64,000 nt of DNA, from assembly GCA_963762565.1 (NCBI GenBank), contig CAVXLD010000004.1, positions 1 to 64,000 on the forward strand, read 5' to 3'. The notes beneath the pieces are model-generated. The model was not told where the DNA came from. It saw only the letters and a list, made by a program, of their open reading frames with translations, and made no database searches. Numbering within the stretch: the stretch's first letter is position 1; every line of letters begins with the position of its first letter. The stretch is from an uncultured Verrucomicrobiae bacterium (GTDB lineage Bacteria; Verrucomicrobiota; Verrucomicrobiia; Chthoniobacterales; JAFAMB01). Both the position numbers and the translations under genes were made by a program. This document shows positions 10,122 to 19,753 of the stretch, piece after piece.

Positions 10122-11897
10122 ATGGATGTCCAGGTACCCTACATTCCCGAACATGCTCCGTTCAGTCCAGCACAGAGGGCATGGTTGAACGGATTTTTAG
10201 CCGGTCTTTTTTCGCAGCAACCGGCCACGTCAAAGGCGCCAGCCAAGATCCGGGTCAACGTCTATTTCGGGACGGAAACGGGAAATTCTGAAGCGGTCGC
10301 AAAGCAAACCGCGAAATATTTGCAAAGCCGCGGCTTCGAATCCCAGGCCGTCAATGTCAGCAAAGTTTTATCCAGTGCGCTTGCTGGAGAGACCTACGCC
10401 CTTATCGTGACCAGCACTTTCGGCGACGGAGACCCACCCGACAGTGCCAAGGCATTTTATACGGAGTTGAACACGCCTGCCCATCCGCGTCTTCCGGAGC
10501 TTCGATACTCGGTGCTCGCCTTGGGTGATCGGAACTACGATCGCTTTTGCCAGTGCGGTAAGGATATCGACGCACGCCTGGAGGCGCTTGGAGGCCAACG
10601 AATCTATCAGAGAGTCGATTGCGATGTAGATTATGAGGCAGCCGCGGAAGCTTGGCGACACGGCGTTGCGACCGTACTCGAGACAGCTTCTCCTCTGCAA
10701 CCAGCCAAGGTCGAGGTTGCGCTTCCGCTCGCTCCAGAGCCAGGTTCTGCGGTTTCCAAGAAATCGGCGCCAGAAATTGTCTACGACAAGAAACACCCAT
10801 TCCTTGCCTCAATGACCGCTAATCGGCTACTGACGGCGCCAAGCTCGGCCAAGGAAACCCGTCATTTCGAGATTTCGCTTGAAGGATCGAGCCTGCAGTA
10901 TACCGCCGGTGACGCACTCGGGATCGTGCCATCCAATTGTCCCGCGCTAGTAGAGGACATCCTAAGGGCGTTGAATTGTGATGGCGAAGAAGGTGTGCCA
11001 TCGCCCGACGGGGCCGAGGTGTCTCTGCACAAGGCGCTGCTGGAGTTTTATGAAATTACCAAGATTCCCTCTGGGCTCCTACGGTGCGTCGCCGAACGCA
11101 GCGCAGATCCGACATTAAGAGAACTATTAGAGCCGGCAGCCGCAAACCAACTCAAAGCTTTCGTTGGTCAGCGAGAAATCGTGGACCTGTTAGTGGAACA
11201 TTCATCCGCAAAAATCAGCGCCACCGAATTTGTTTCACATCTGAAGAAGCTTGCGCCCCGCCTTTATTCGATCGCCTCCAGTCCGGCAGCGCATGCCAAC
11301 TCGGTTCACCTGACGATTTCTATCGTTCGCTACGAAAGCAACGGCCGAAAACGCAAAGGAGTCTGTTCCACCTTCTTAGCTGATCGGGCCCATCAGAAAC
11401 TCGGGACGTTTGTGCATCGCTCGGCCCATTTCCGCTTACCAGAGGATCGAACTAAACCGGTGATTATGGTCGGTCCTGGAACCGGTATCGCGCCGTTCCG
11501 CGGCTTTCTATATGAACGGGAAGCAGTGGGCGCCACCGGACACAACTGGCTATTTTTCGGCGACCAGAAAGAACGCACCGACTTTCTTTATCAGGAAGAA
11601 CTGATCCGTTTCAAAAAGAGCGGCGTTCTGACGCGGTTCAACACCGCCTTTTCGCGAGATCAGGCTCAGAAAATCTACGTGCAGCAGCGGATGCTGGAAA
11701 ATGCCTCGGAAATCTGGGCATGGCTTGAAGGAGGCGCGCACTTCTACGTGTGCGGCGATGCTCAAAGGATGGCGAAAGATGTGGATGCCGCGCTACGCAC
11801 CATCGTGGAAAAAGCCGGCCAGAAATCCGCAGATGAAGCCGATGCGTATATCAAAAGCCTGAAGGCAGAGCACCGGTATCAGCGAGATGTGTATTGA
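10122..11897 (+). CDS. cysJ: Sulfite reductase [NADPH] flavoprotein alpha-like diflavin reductase
   Basis: Flavodoxin motifs ([16 protein letters not shown]), [20 protein letters not shown] and terminal RYQRDVY. Confidence 0.88.
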   Translation: MDVQVPYIPEHAPFSPAQRAWLNGFLAGLFSQQPATSKAPAKIRVNVYFGTETGNSEAVAKQTAKYLQSRGFESQAVNVSKVLSSALAGETYALIVTSTFGDGDPPDSAKAFYTELNTPAHPRLPELRYSVLALGDRNYDRFCQCGKDIDARLEALGGQRIYQRVDCDVDYEAAAEAWRHGVATVLETASPLQPAKVEVALPLAPEPGSAVSKKSAPEIVYDKKHPFLASMTANRLLTAPSSAKETRHFEISLEGSSLQYTAGDALGIVPSNCPALVEDILRALNCDGEEGVPSPDGAEVSLHKALLEFYEITKIPSGLLRCVAERSADPTLRELLEPAAANQLKAFVGQREIVDLLVEHSSAKISATEFVSHLKKLAPRLYSIASSPAAHANSVHLTISIVRYESNGRKRKGVCSTFLADRAHQKLGTFVHRSAHFRLPEDRTKPVIMVGPGTGIAPFRGFLYEREAVGATGHNWLFFGDQKERTDFLYQEELIRFKKSGVLTRFNTAFSRDQAQKIYVQQRMLENASEIWAWLEGGAHFYVCGDAQRMAKDVDAALRTIVEKAGQKSADEADAYIKSLKAEHRYQRDVY

Positions 11898-11916
11898 GTT
11901 GCCTCGCTGAAAACAA

Positions 11917-12167
11917 TCACCACAAAAAGAAACACGGCACGAAGAGAGAAAACGAATAAAGAATCCGCAGATTACACAGATTACGCAGATTTCGTCTTGT
12001 CGCTTCGGTGGCAAACCCAGGTGCAAAACGGGCCTGGTGACGCTGGAATGATCTGGGTTGTACCTCCCCGACAGTGATCAGGCTTTGACCGAAATCTGCG
12101 TATTCTGCGTAATCTGCGGATTTATATTGGTTTCCTTTTCGTGGTGTCCTTTGCGTCTTTGTGGCGA
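11917..12167. repeat. Nested inverted nonamer tracts (outer CACCACAAA-type, inner CGCAGATTA-type)
   Basis: aatccgcagattacacagattacgcagattt (11962-11992) is the reverse complement of 12092-12122. Confidence 0.85.
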
Positions 12168-12222
12168 ATTCATTCTTGAATAGCCACTGGCAACGCATCC
12201 CCGAACACGCTAACCGTTTCGG

Positions 12223-13623
12223 GTGAACGTTGTTTGTTTCGTCAGATCCGCCGGCATGGCCGCCATTCTCGCCTGCGTTTTAGTCCCACGCGCCACTGCC
12301 GAGGATAATCTGGTCTTCGATTTTGCATCGGCGCGAAATTTCTCTGGACTCGGGATACAGCTCTGGCCGGCTACCAATCATTTAGCCGAACGCGATGCGC
12401 TATTGCGCGATTTGCACGTCAAGTATGTACGCGTCGGGTTCACCACGAAAGTCGCGGACGAGCAACTAAAGAATCATATGTCGGTTGCCGATATCTCGTC
12501 GGAAATCACCAAGGCCGTGGACGCAGATCAGACCACTGCCTATTCGCAGCTGCATGACGAGATCAACCAGCTACATCTCAAATTAGATTTCGTTTTTTGG
12601 CAGGTTCCGTCGGTCTGGTGTATCAACGACGGAGACAGCGAGATTAGTCACCTCAGAATCAATCCGGATAACATCCAGGATTACGCAAATTGGATCGTGG
12701 CCCATCTTTTGTATGCGAAACGCATTCGGCTCCTGCCACGCATGATCGAGCTAATCAATGAACCGGATAGCGCAAGCGGCGCCGAATTTTCGCCGGAACA
12801 ATACGACGCCTTAGTGTTCGCTGCTCGCGCGACCCTTGATCGATACGGTTTAGCCTCAGTCGGCATTCAAGGACCGGGCGTTGGATCCTCATCGACTGTT
12901 GAGGCGTACACTCAAGTACTGGAACGAACGGGTCATATCTCCCTTTTAAAACAACTTTCCTGGCACGACATGGACACCGTCAGACGACCCGAGCCCGCAG
13001 GGTTCGCCGGAGCCCCGCTAACGTTACTGGCTAACGCCCATCATTTACCGATAGCCATCACAGAATTTAGTAGCGAAAACCCAAATTGGGATCGACCGCC
13101 GTACGATTCGGGGCCGAGGACTCGGAGCGACAACAACGCAGCTGATTCGCCCGATTTCGCGGTGTCAGTCGTCGCCGAAGCGATAAAACTCATCGGGGAC
13201 GGTGCGAATTCATTGTCGTATTGGCAGGCGGAGGATCCGGCTTGGACGCAGGACGCATTTGGTCTTCTCAACGAGAACGGCCAGCGTAAACCGGTCGCGG
13301 CCGCTCTTCAGATGTTCTCCGACGTCATCCCGCTCAAATGCGATGTCGCCAGCCAGAAACAGGTTTCCTTCGGTCTTGCGTCTGTTTGCCTGCGTTCCGA
13401 GCGCAGCCTCGTGCTGGCAACCGCGAACTTGAGCCAAGAAACTAGGAAGATCGATGCACGGATATTGAACACTCTGTTGCCGGCAAAGGTCACGCTAGCG
13501 CGCCAATTTGATTCTCACGGCCCCGCTCCACAGGCAGTCCCGACATCGATCATTGAGCACAACGGCACAAATGTCAGTTTTGATGTCCCGGCCCGGTCGG
13601 TGATGGTTTTGTTGTTGCGGTAG
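12223..13623 (+). CDS. Secreted glycoside hydrolase (clan GH-A-like)
   Basis: Signal peptide, INEPD acid/base motif and ITEF nucleophile-like motif. Alternative ATG at 12256. Confidence 0.7.
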   Translation: MNVVCFVRSAGMAAILACVLVPRATAEDNLVFDFASARNFSGLGIQLWPATNHLAERDALLRDLHVKYVRVGFTTKVADEQLKNHMSVADISSEITKAVDADQTTAYSQLHDEINQLHLKLDFVFWQVPSVWCINDGDSEISHLRINPDNIQDYANWIVAHLLYAKRIRLLPRMIELINEPDSASGAEFSPEQYDALVFAARATLDRYGLASVGIQGPGVGSSSTVEAYTQVLERTGHISLLKQLSWHDMDTVRRPEPAGFAGAPLTLLANAHHLPIAITEFSSENPNWDRPPYDSGPRTRSDNNAADSPDFAVSVVAEAIKLIGDGANSLSYWQAEDPAWTQDAFGLLNENGQRKPVAAALQMFSDVIPLKCDVASQKQVSFGLASVCLRSERSLVLATANLSQETRKIDARILNTLLPAKVTLARQFDSHGPAPQAVPTSIIEHNGTNVSFDVPARSVMVLLLR

Positions 13624-13680
13624 GGGTAGCGGCGTTCTGCTCGTGCTCGTTCCTGGCTTCAAAACTTGCTACACCGAGAC

Positions 13681-14241
13681 ATGCTTTCCATCCCAGAAAC
13701 GATCTCCGATCGCGGACGAATCTCGCTCGTACCTGTAGAAGCGAGCCAAACGAAGAAATTATACGACGCGATAATTGAGTCGAGGAATGAGATTGCGCCG
13801 TGGATGGAATGGATGCATCCCGAATATTCCATAGCCGAAACAGAGCAGTGGGTTGCTCATTGCCGGAAGGCTTGGGAAGCAGACTCTATGTTCGGCTTTA
13901 CAATTTTTGAGCACAGAACTGGACAAGTATTGGGGGGGTGCAGCATCGGCAACGACAGGCCGGTGCATCGTAACGCCTCAATTGGTTATTGGATCAGAAC
14001 TTCCCGAACGAAACAAGGGTTCGCGACTGAAACAGCCGCCTTGCTGGCGCAATTCGGCTTTGCGCAACTTGGACTGATCAGGATCGAGATCATCATTGCG
14101 GCCGGCAACACGGCTAGCCAACGTGTCGCTGAAAAGGTTGGTGCCCTTCGAGAAGGGTTGCTGCGGAATCGATTGCTTATCCGCGGCGAAAAGTTTGATG
14201 CATACGTGTTCTCCCTGATCCCGTGGGCAGTTAGCAGTTAG
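13681..14241 (+). CDS. GNAT N-acetyltransferase (RimJ/RimL type)
   Basis: ASIGYWI...GFATE and NTASQRVAEKVG...EGLLR motifs. Confidence 0.9.
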   Translation: MLSIPETISDRGRISLVPVEASQTKKLYDAIIESRNEIAPWMEWMHPEYSIAETEQWVAHCRKAWEADSMFGFTIFEHRTGQVLGGCSIGNDRPVHRNASIGYWIRTSRTKQGFATETAALLAQFGFAQLGLIRIEIIIAAGNTASQRVAEKVGALREGLLRNRLLIRGEKFDAYVFSLIPWAVSS

Positions 14242-14364
14242 CAGTTTGCGGCTGCGTCGTTGTGCCCACGAGCCGTGTTGGACGGGTCCGTGAAGCACAC
14301 AGATGAGCGCCTATAGACACCCCCCGTGCCGCCAACTGCTAACTGCTGACTGCTGACTGCTAAC
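14228..14364. repeat. Inverted heptamer tracts (GCAGTTA / CTGCTRA) between convergent genes
   Basis: The left tract includes the GNAT stop codon. The right tract ends 4 bp from the ADH stop. Confidence 0.8.
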
Positions 14365-14368
14365 CCTT

Positions 14369-15523
14369 CTACCATGCGGCCTCCAGGATCGCTTCCAGCT
14401 CAGGCAACGTTAGTTCGATAGGGTTCGCTTTTGTGCTGCTCGCTATAGCAGTCTTGGCCGTGATGTCTTTGATCGATTCTCGCGGGATGCCGAGAGACGA
14501 TAGTTTCGGAACATTTAACTTCTGGCTGACATCTTTTATCCAGGCCAGCCCATCTGCGGCAATGGATCGAGGAGAACCGGTCAAAAGCCGGCCGATCTCA
14601 TGGTAGCGGCTTAGCGCCATCGAACCGGGCGCACGTTGACGTAGGGCCTCAATGTTCGCCTCCATCACAAACGGGAGCAAAATCCCACAGACCAGTCCGT
14701 GAGGCGCGCTGAACATGCCTCCAATCGGTCCGGCAAACCCGTGGACGGTACCCAAACCTGCGTTGGCCAAGGCTAGACCTCCGAATAAACTCGCTAAAGC
14801 CATGTCTTCCCGGGCTTCTGTGTCTTTGCCGTTCTGTCCTGCCCTTAACAGTGAACGCGCTACCCGCGGGATTCCTTCCCGGCAGAGTCCATCGGTTGCA
14901 GGATTGGCTCGAACCGAAACAAAAGGCTCGATGAGCTGGGTCAATGCATCCAACCCCGTCGCGATGGTCACACTTGAAGGCAAAGAATAAGTCAATTCCG
15001 GGTCAACCAACGCAACCCGCGGCAAAAGAAACGGGCTGCGCAGGCTGACTTTGATCTGATGTTCGGGCGACGCGATCACCGCGTTCTTAGTCACTTCCGC
15101 GCCGGTGCCGGCGGTCGTGGGAACCGCCACACAAGGCAATCCTGCCTTGGTCAGGGCATTCCCTCGACCGATCACTTCCAAATACTCGAGGACATCACCC
15201 GAGTTAGTCGTCAACCCGGAAATCGCCTTCGCTGCATCGATCACGCTACCGCCACCGATCCCGATTACTAGTGCAACCTCTTCCGCTCTTGCTTCTTCGA
15301 CCCCCTCGGCAACGTCGTGGATCGTAGGTTCATTCTGGACAGAATACCGGCAGGTTTCTATTTCCGATTTGGCCAACAGCTCCTCTACCGAGTGGGCTCG
15401 CTCAGGACTTTTACCATGTACCACCAGCGCTCGGCTTCCAAAACCGGATACCAATTGCCCTAGTCGAGCGAAACTGCCCTTGCCAAAAATGATCGTTTCC
15501 GGAACCGACAACTCGAAGCTCAC
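14369..15523 (-). CDS. Iron-containing alcohol dehydrogenase
   Basis: GGGSVIDAAK, PTTAGTGAEVT and the His ligands VHG...PHG. Confidence 0.92.
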   Translation of the reverse strand: MSFELSVPETIIFGKGSFARLGQLVSGFGSRALVVHGKSPERAHSVEELLAKSEIETCRYSVQNEPTIHDVAEGVEEARAEEVALVIGIGGGSVIDAAKAISGLTTNSGDVLEYLEVIGRGNALTKAGLPCVAVPTTAGTGAEVTKNAVIASPEHQIKVSLRSPFLLPRVALVDPELTYSLPSSVTIATGLDALTQLIEPFVSVRANPATDGLCREGIPRVARSLLRAGQNGKDTEAREDMALASLFGGLALANAGLGTVHGFAGPIGGMFSAPHGLVCGILLPFVMEANIEALRQRAPGSMALSRYHEIGRLLTGSPRSIAADGLAWIKDVSQKLNVPKLSSLGIPRESIKDITAKTAIASSTKANPIELTLPELEAILEAAW

Positions 15524-15539
15524 GGTAGAAAATCAACCC

Positions 15540-15651
15540 AGGAGTTCAGGAGTTCAAGGCCTGCCGCGACGTAGGCTCTGGGGAGTCGGGGAGTTGGTAG
15601 GGCGTTTCACCCTGCGCGATCGCAGAGGCTATTCGGGAGCCTCGCCCTACC
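15540..15651. repeat. Octamer tract (GGAGTTCA), degenerate family C hairpin (15559-15589, minus) and a short family A remnant (15596-15651)
   Basis: ggtagggcg...ttcgggagcctcgccctacc; reverse strand reads ccgactcccc...ctacgtcgcggcaggc. Confidence 0.7.
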
Positions 15652-15656
15652 AGCTC

Positions 15657-15950
15657 CTAATCAACCTCTATGGCCCGGTAGATTGCTCGGGTTCTCTCGG
15701 TGACGAGAAAAACGGGAACGGCGTCGCGCCACTTCGCATAATGAGCAGTGCCTCGGTGAGCCTCGATCGCTTGGTCATCGCGATAGAGCTCGAATAGTAC
15801 GAAGCGGCTCGGATCATCCACTTGTTGAATCACGTCGAATCGAACCACGCCTGGCTCTTTCCGACTGTTTCGGGCGTTCATTTTCGTTTCTGCAACGAAT
15901 TGGTCTAAAGACTCTGGCTTAACCTGAAGATGCACTACGACGGCGACCAT
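15657..15950 (-). CDS. ABM-domain protein (putative quinol monooxygenase / LsrG-like)
   Basis: EPGVVRFDV...FVLFELY...AHRGTAHY; ATG at 15950. Confidence 0.85.
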   Translation of the reverse strand: MVAVVVHLQVKPESLDQFVAETKMNARNSRKEPGVVRFDVIQQVDDPSRFVLFELYRDDQAIEAHRGTAHYAKWRDAVPVFLVTERTRAIYRAIEVD

Positions 15951-16080
15951 AGAAAGAAATTCACCACAAAGACTCAGAGAGCGAGGAAAAAGTAACCCGT
16001 AGCCCAGGAGGATACCTCCTGGGCTAACGTGTTCTTCAACAGAAATTAACAAACCTCAATCTGTCGCTACCGAGTCCGGA

Positions 16081-16551
16081 CTAGTCTTTGGGGACTTGTC
16101 TAACCTCAACCCTCCAGCGTTGGCCCGTTTGTTTATCAAGATAGACTTCCTTGATTCCTTTCTTCTCGATCAACTGGAACCGGTCGGGTTGATCCAGGTC
16201 GCGGACAAAAGTATCGACAGTCGGTTGTTCAATTGTAACTGTCCTAGTTACTACTCCTCTCGTCGGCACGACTGGTGCAGTTAACGCCACAGTTTGCTCC
16301 CGCACAACAGAGCCGGTCGGCTCGAGGTAGAGCACCTCGTTATCGATGTTTCTGCGTACGGTTACCTCATATAATCCATTCTGGTCTTGGTATACCCTGG
16401 TCACTCGCGAGTAATCTGGAATATTGGTCTCGCGAACAACGGCAGTCCGTACCGCTTGAGGAAGAGTTACGAACTGGATTTCGTCCCCGAGCGCCACCGT
16501 AGTGATCCCTAGCCCAACGACCGTCGCTATGATGAGAATTTTCGCTTTCAT
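16081..16551 (-). CDS. Hypothetical secreted protein
   Basis: Signal peptide; LPQAVR...YEV pattern resembles PepSY/BLIP-like repeats. Confidence 0.7.
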   Translation of the reverse strand: MKAKILIIATVVGLGITTVALGDEIQFVTLPQAVRTAVVRETNIPDYSRVTRVYQDQNGLYEVTVRRNIDNEVLYLEPTGSVVREQTVALTAPVVPTRGVVTRTVTIEQPTVDTFVRDLDQPDRFQLIEKKGIKEVYLDKQTGQRWRVEVRQVPKD

Positions 16552-16636
16552 AGTTTCCTATTGGTATGGGACGAAATGCGATGGGAGTTTATTCAGGGCG
16601 ATCGGGGTTATGACATTTCAGCAGACAAGGGCGCCT

Positions 16637-16798
16637 GGTAGGGCGAGGCTCCCGAAAGACCGAAAACCTTAAACGCAGCGACTTCACTTGCCGAGGCCCT
16701 TTCGTTTGCGAGGTCGCAGGCGTGCCGAGCCGTCATCCTCGATGTGCCACGTCTCCTGTTCCGATCGCGTTCAGTTCTTTCGGGAGCCTCGCCCTACC
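16637..16798 (+). repeat. Family A element, internally deleted copy
   Basis: Terminal inverted repeats ggtagggcgaggctcccgaaaga / tctttcgggagcctcgccctacc; left arm homologous to 25434 and 42047. Confidence 0.9.
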
Positions 16799-16895
16799 AT
16801 GTGCCCTCGAACTCCTTTCGCCTGCCGACTTGCACAAAGCTGATTTTCATCGCAAAAATCCAAAATGCCGGGCTGGGCCGGCACAGCCCTAACAG

Positions 16896-17357
16896 ATGGA
16901 GCCATCCACTACAGGAACATTAGGTACCGGGCTGCGGATTCGCGTCTTCGAGCCCCGATGCGACGAAGCCCGCTGCCAGGAAATTTATACCAGAGTCCGT
17001 GCCTCGACGTTTCTATGGGTGAATCCCAAGAGATTCAAACAGAGTGACTTCGGTCCCGACACTCTTGGGGAATCACTGCTGGTTGCGGACCATCCGGCAA
17101 ACGGAGTCATTGGGTTCGTGGGTATCTGGTTGCCGGAGAACTTCATTCACCATCTCTACGTATTACCGGAATTCCACCGGGTCGGCGTTGGTCGAGCCCT
17201 GCTAGAGACAGCGCTCAGAACCATTTCCCGGCCGGCCAAACTGAAATGCCAATCGGCTAATAAGAATGCCCGCGAATTCTATCAACATTTGGGCTGGAGG
17301 GAGGGTGAACAAGGTCACGATGACATTGGCCGGTGGATCGAGTTTATTCTCGACTAG
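16896..17357 (+). CDS. GNAT N-acetyltransferase
   Basis: FIHHLYV...HRVGVGRALL and NKNAREFY...GW motifs. Confidence 0.88.
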   Translation: MEPSTTGTLGTGLRIRVFEPRCDEARCQEIYTRVRASTFLWVNPKRFKQSDFGPDTLGESLLVADHPANGVIGFVGIWLPENFIHHLYVLPEFHRVGVGRALLETALRTISRPAKLKCQSANKNAREFYQHLGWREGEQGHDDIGRWIEFILD

Positions 17358-17363
17358 GAGCGT

Positions 17364-17613
17364 GCGCTTCGCGAATAGCCGATGACCTGGAGGGGAGCCG
17401 CTTTGTAACATGGCAGTTCTGTAAGTTGGCAGCAGGCGGCTCCCGAGAAGTACCCATGATGCGTTTGTTTTATCGGCTTCACTTTGATTGCCGATTTCCG
17501 CACAAGTGATTGCCAAACCATGGGCGCTTCGCGGGAGCCGCCTGCTGCCAACTTACAGAACTGCCCCGCTACGAAGCGGCTCCCCTCCAGGCCACGCGTT
17601 ATTCGCGAAGCGC
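17364..17613. repeat. Family B REP doublet (17386-17591) inside an outer 14-bp inverted repeat
   Basis: Arms ggaggggagccgc-N34-gcggctcccg, inverted. Outer pair gcgcttcgcgaata / tattcgcgaagcgc. Confidence 0.88.
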
Positions 17614-18140
17614 GCCGGCCGTTCCTTCCACATACAAACACGCTTCTCAAAATCCGAGGCGGCGATAGAGCTGCACAGCGGAATTTTCGGGGCTAACGTT
17701 CAGACCGATGGTCCGGATGCCTTCCTTTATCAGGGCATTAACGAGCGCACTGATGACGCGCGCTCCCAGTCCCTTCCCGCGATGCTGGGGAAGACAAAAG
17801 ACGTTCCCAATAGCGGCGACACTCTCTTCCCGGTTGATCAGATGCGTTTCGGCCGCGGCCACTAGCCGCCCATCTTCGACGTCACTCGACGATACCGTTC
17901 ACTAACTGAGTCCAAGACGTCAGGTTTAATATGCAGATAGAGTTTCGGAGGCAGCGGATTTCGATCCAGAAGGGATCCTATAGCGGACGGTGGACCGGTC
18001 GCGAAAAAGACAGGAGGATCGAACGCCCGATAGAACAATGTCACGGCCGTTGGATTTGTCGTGCTGAACCGCCATTCACAATGAATGCGCTCCGCTGGCG
18101 CCAGATCACCCAAGGCGTATAGACTCCACGACCTATAGCT
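17599..18140 (-). pseudogene. GNAT acetyltransferase pseudogene
   Basis: WSLYALGDL N-terminal part; frame change near 17875 into EDGRLVAAAETH...IGNVF...HRGKGLG...YRRLGF; internal TGA at 17647, then EACLYVEG continues in frame. Confidence 0.7.
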
Positions 18141-18163
18141 TGACCATCAGAACCGGCGACCAA

Positions 18164-19681
18164 TCACCAATCACCAATCACATCCCCTACCCTACCTCGT
18201 ACTTCGCGATAGCATTCCAAGAAACCAGACGCAAAATCCTCAGGGCGCATTTGGATCCATTCGTCAACCATCGCTAACGGGAAAAACCCGCCGGTTTCGA
18301 TCTCTTGTTCGTTGAGTTCGCCAATTTCTTCAGCTCGGACCATGAAGATGCGAATGAACTCATGACCGGTTTTTTCAGAGGCTGAAATTTGGCCGATCTC
18401 CGTGGGTTCAGCGATCAACCCGAGCTCTTCGGCTAGTTCCCGATTAGCGCATTCGGTATAGGATTCTCCGACATCGACATGCCCAGCCGCGCTGGAATCC
18501 CATTTCCTAGGGTAAGTATCTTTACGGTAGGAGCGCCGTTGCAGAAGCATTTCACCTCCGCTGTTCAGCACGAAAATATGCACAGCGCGATGCAATAGTT
18601 TCTCAGTGTGCACCGTCGACCGCTCGACGCCTCGGACCGGGTTGTCGTGCTCATCCACAACTTGTAGGCTCTCTCGCGGATCTGACCCCCCGATTTGAGT
18701 CGCCGAAGTACTAGTCCCACGCGGCGCTTCGTTCTCGTCCTCGTCGTCGTTCTCGTCCTCGAATCCGGCTGCCCGGAGTGATGGAGTATTGGAGTCCTGG
18801 AGTAATGCGGCCGGTCCGGCTTGAGCCCCTGCGTGAAGCTGACCTCTGGCTTCCGCCCGAAAGTATCCGAGACGCCTAGCCAGGTTCACCCAGGACTCAA
18901 GCGACAGCTCCTCAGCTCGCGACAGCCCACTCAGTCCTCCGGCGGCCAGAGCTTCAGTCACTAGCCTGGAGGGCATTAATTTAGCGAGCGTGTTGGTCAG
19001 CTTCTTTCTTCTTTCGGAGAATCCGGCTCTCACAACTTTTTCGAACCATTGTTCACCGACTTCCGGCACGTCCATCGGCTGCTTTTTTCTGAGCTCGACA
19101 ACCACGGAATCGACCTCGGGTCGCGGTAGAAACACACTTGGAGGGAGCACCCTCAGCCGCTTGATCTGCCACCGGCGTTGCAGCAGAACAGAAAGGGAAC
19201 CGTACTCTCCCGATTTGGGCGAAGCGGTGAGGCGGTCGCCGACCTCCTTTTGAACCGTCAAGATCATCCTGGAGATTGGACAGGGCTCAGCCGAGAAATG
19301 GAACAAGAGAGCCGTTGAAACGTAGTAAGGTAAGTTGCCGACCAACTTGACCTCTCCTTTGCAAAAGAGGGCACGCTTATCGTACAGAAGCGCGTCGCCT
19401 AGCTTGACCTCAACAGAAGGTCCAGTAAACCGTTCCTGTAGAAACGAAGCGAACAAACGGTCCTTTTCGAGTAAAGTTGCCGACACCCGATCTAAGGGTA
19501 ACCACTCGGTCAGGGCACCCAGGCCGGGGCCAATCTCCAAGACGTGCTCCCCTGCTTCCAATTCGAGACGCTCAACGATCCAACGGGCGAGATTATTGTC
19601 GTGTAAGAAGTTTTGCCCGAGCGACTTACGTGGCGAAGCTCCCAACCTCTCCAACGTTGACAAGATTTCAGAGATCTTCAC
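18164..19681 (-). CDS. rsmA: 16S rRNA dimethyladenosine transferase fused to a C-terminal NUDIX (IDI-like) domain
   Basis: LGQNFL, EIGPGLG and GNLPY motifs, then HRAVH...AAGHVDVGESYTECANRELAEELG (Nudix box). Confidence 0.92.
   Translation of the reverse strand: MKISEILSTLERLGASPRKSLGQNFLHDNNLARWIVERLELEAGEHVLEIGPGLGALTEWLPLDRVSATLLEKDRLFASFLQERFTGPSVEVKLGDALLYDKRALFCKGEVKLVGNLPYYVSTALLFHFSAEPCPISRMILTVQKEVGDRLTASPKSGEYGSLSVLLQRRWQIKRLRVLPPSVFLPRPEVDSVVVELRKKQPMDVPEVGEQWFEKVVRAGFSERRKKLTNTLAKLMPSRLVTEALAAGGLSGLSRAEELSLESWVNLARRLGYFRAEARGQLHAGAQAGPAALLQDSNTPSLRAAGFEDENDDEDENEAPRGTSTSATQIGGSDPRESLQVVDEHDNPVRGVERSTVHTEKLLHRAVHIFVLNSGGEMLLQRRSYRKDTYPRKWDSSAAGHVDVGESYTECANRELAEELGLIAEPTEIGQISASEKTGHEFIRIFMVRAEEIGELNEQEIETGGFFPLAMVDEWIQMRPEDFASGFLECYREVRGRVGDVIGDW
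18724..18809. repeat. Hexamer+octamer composite repeat inside the rsmA-NUDIX linker
   Basis: 86 nt, ungapped, 12 mismatches to the intergenic copy at 20976-21061. Confidence 0.9.
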
Positions 19682-19753
19682 TCAGCAGAAGGCAATCGGA
19701 AGCCAGTTGCTACCACGTTTTCCTCAAAAAGTGATAACTTTTTAACAAGTTAT

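Noticed and set aside
14369..15950. Fe-ADH plus ABM protein as the missing aldehyde-processing step of the inositol route
   Set aside because: It is about 35 kb away with no evidence of linkage.
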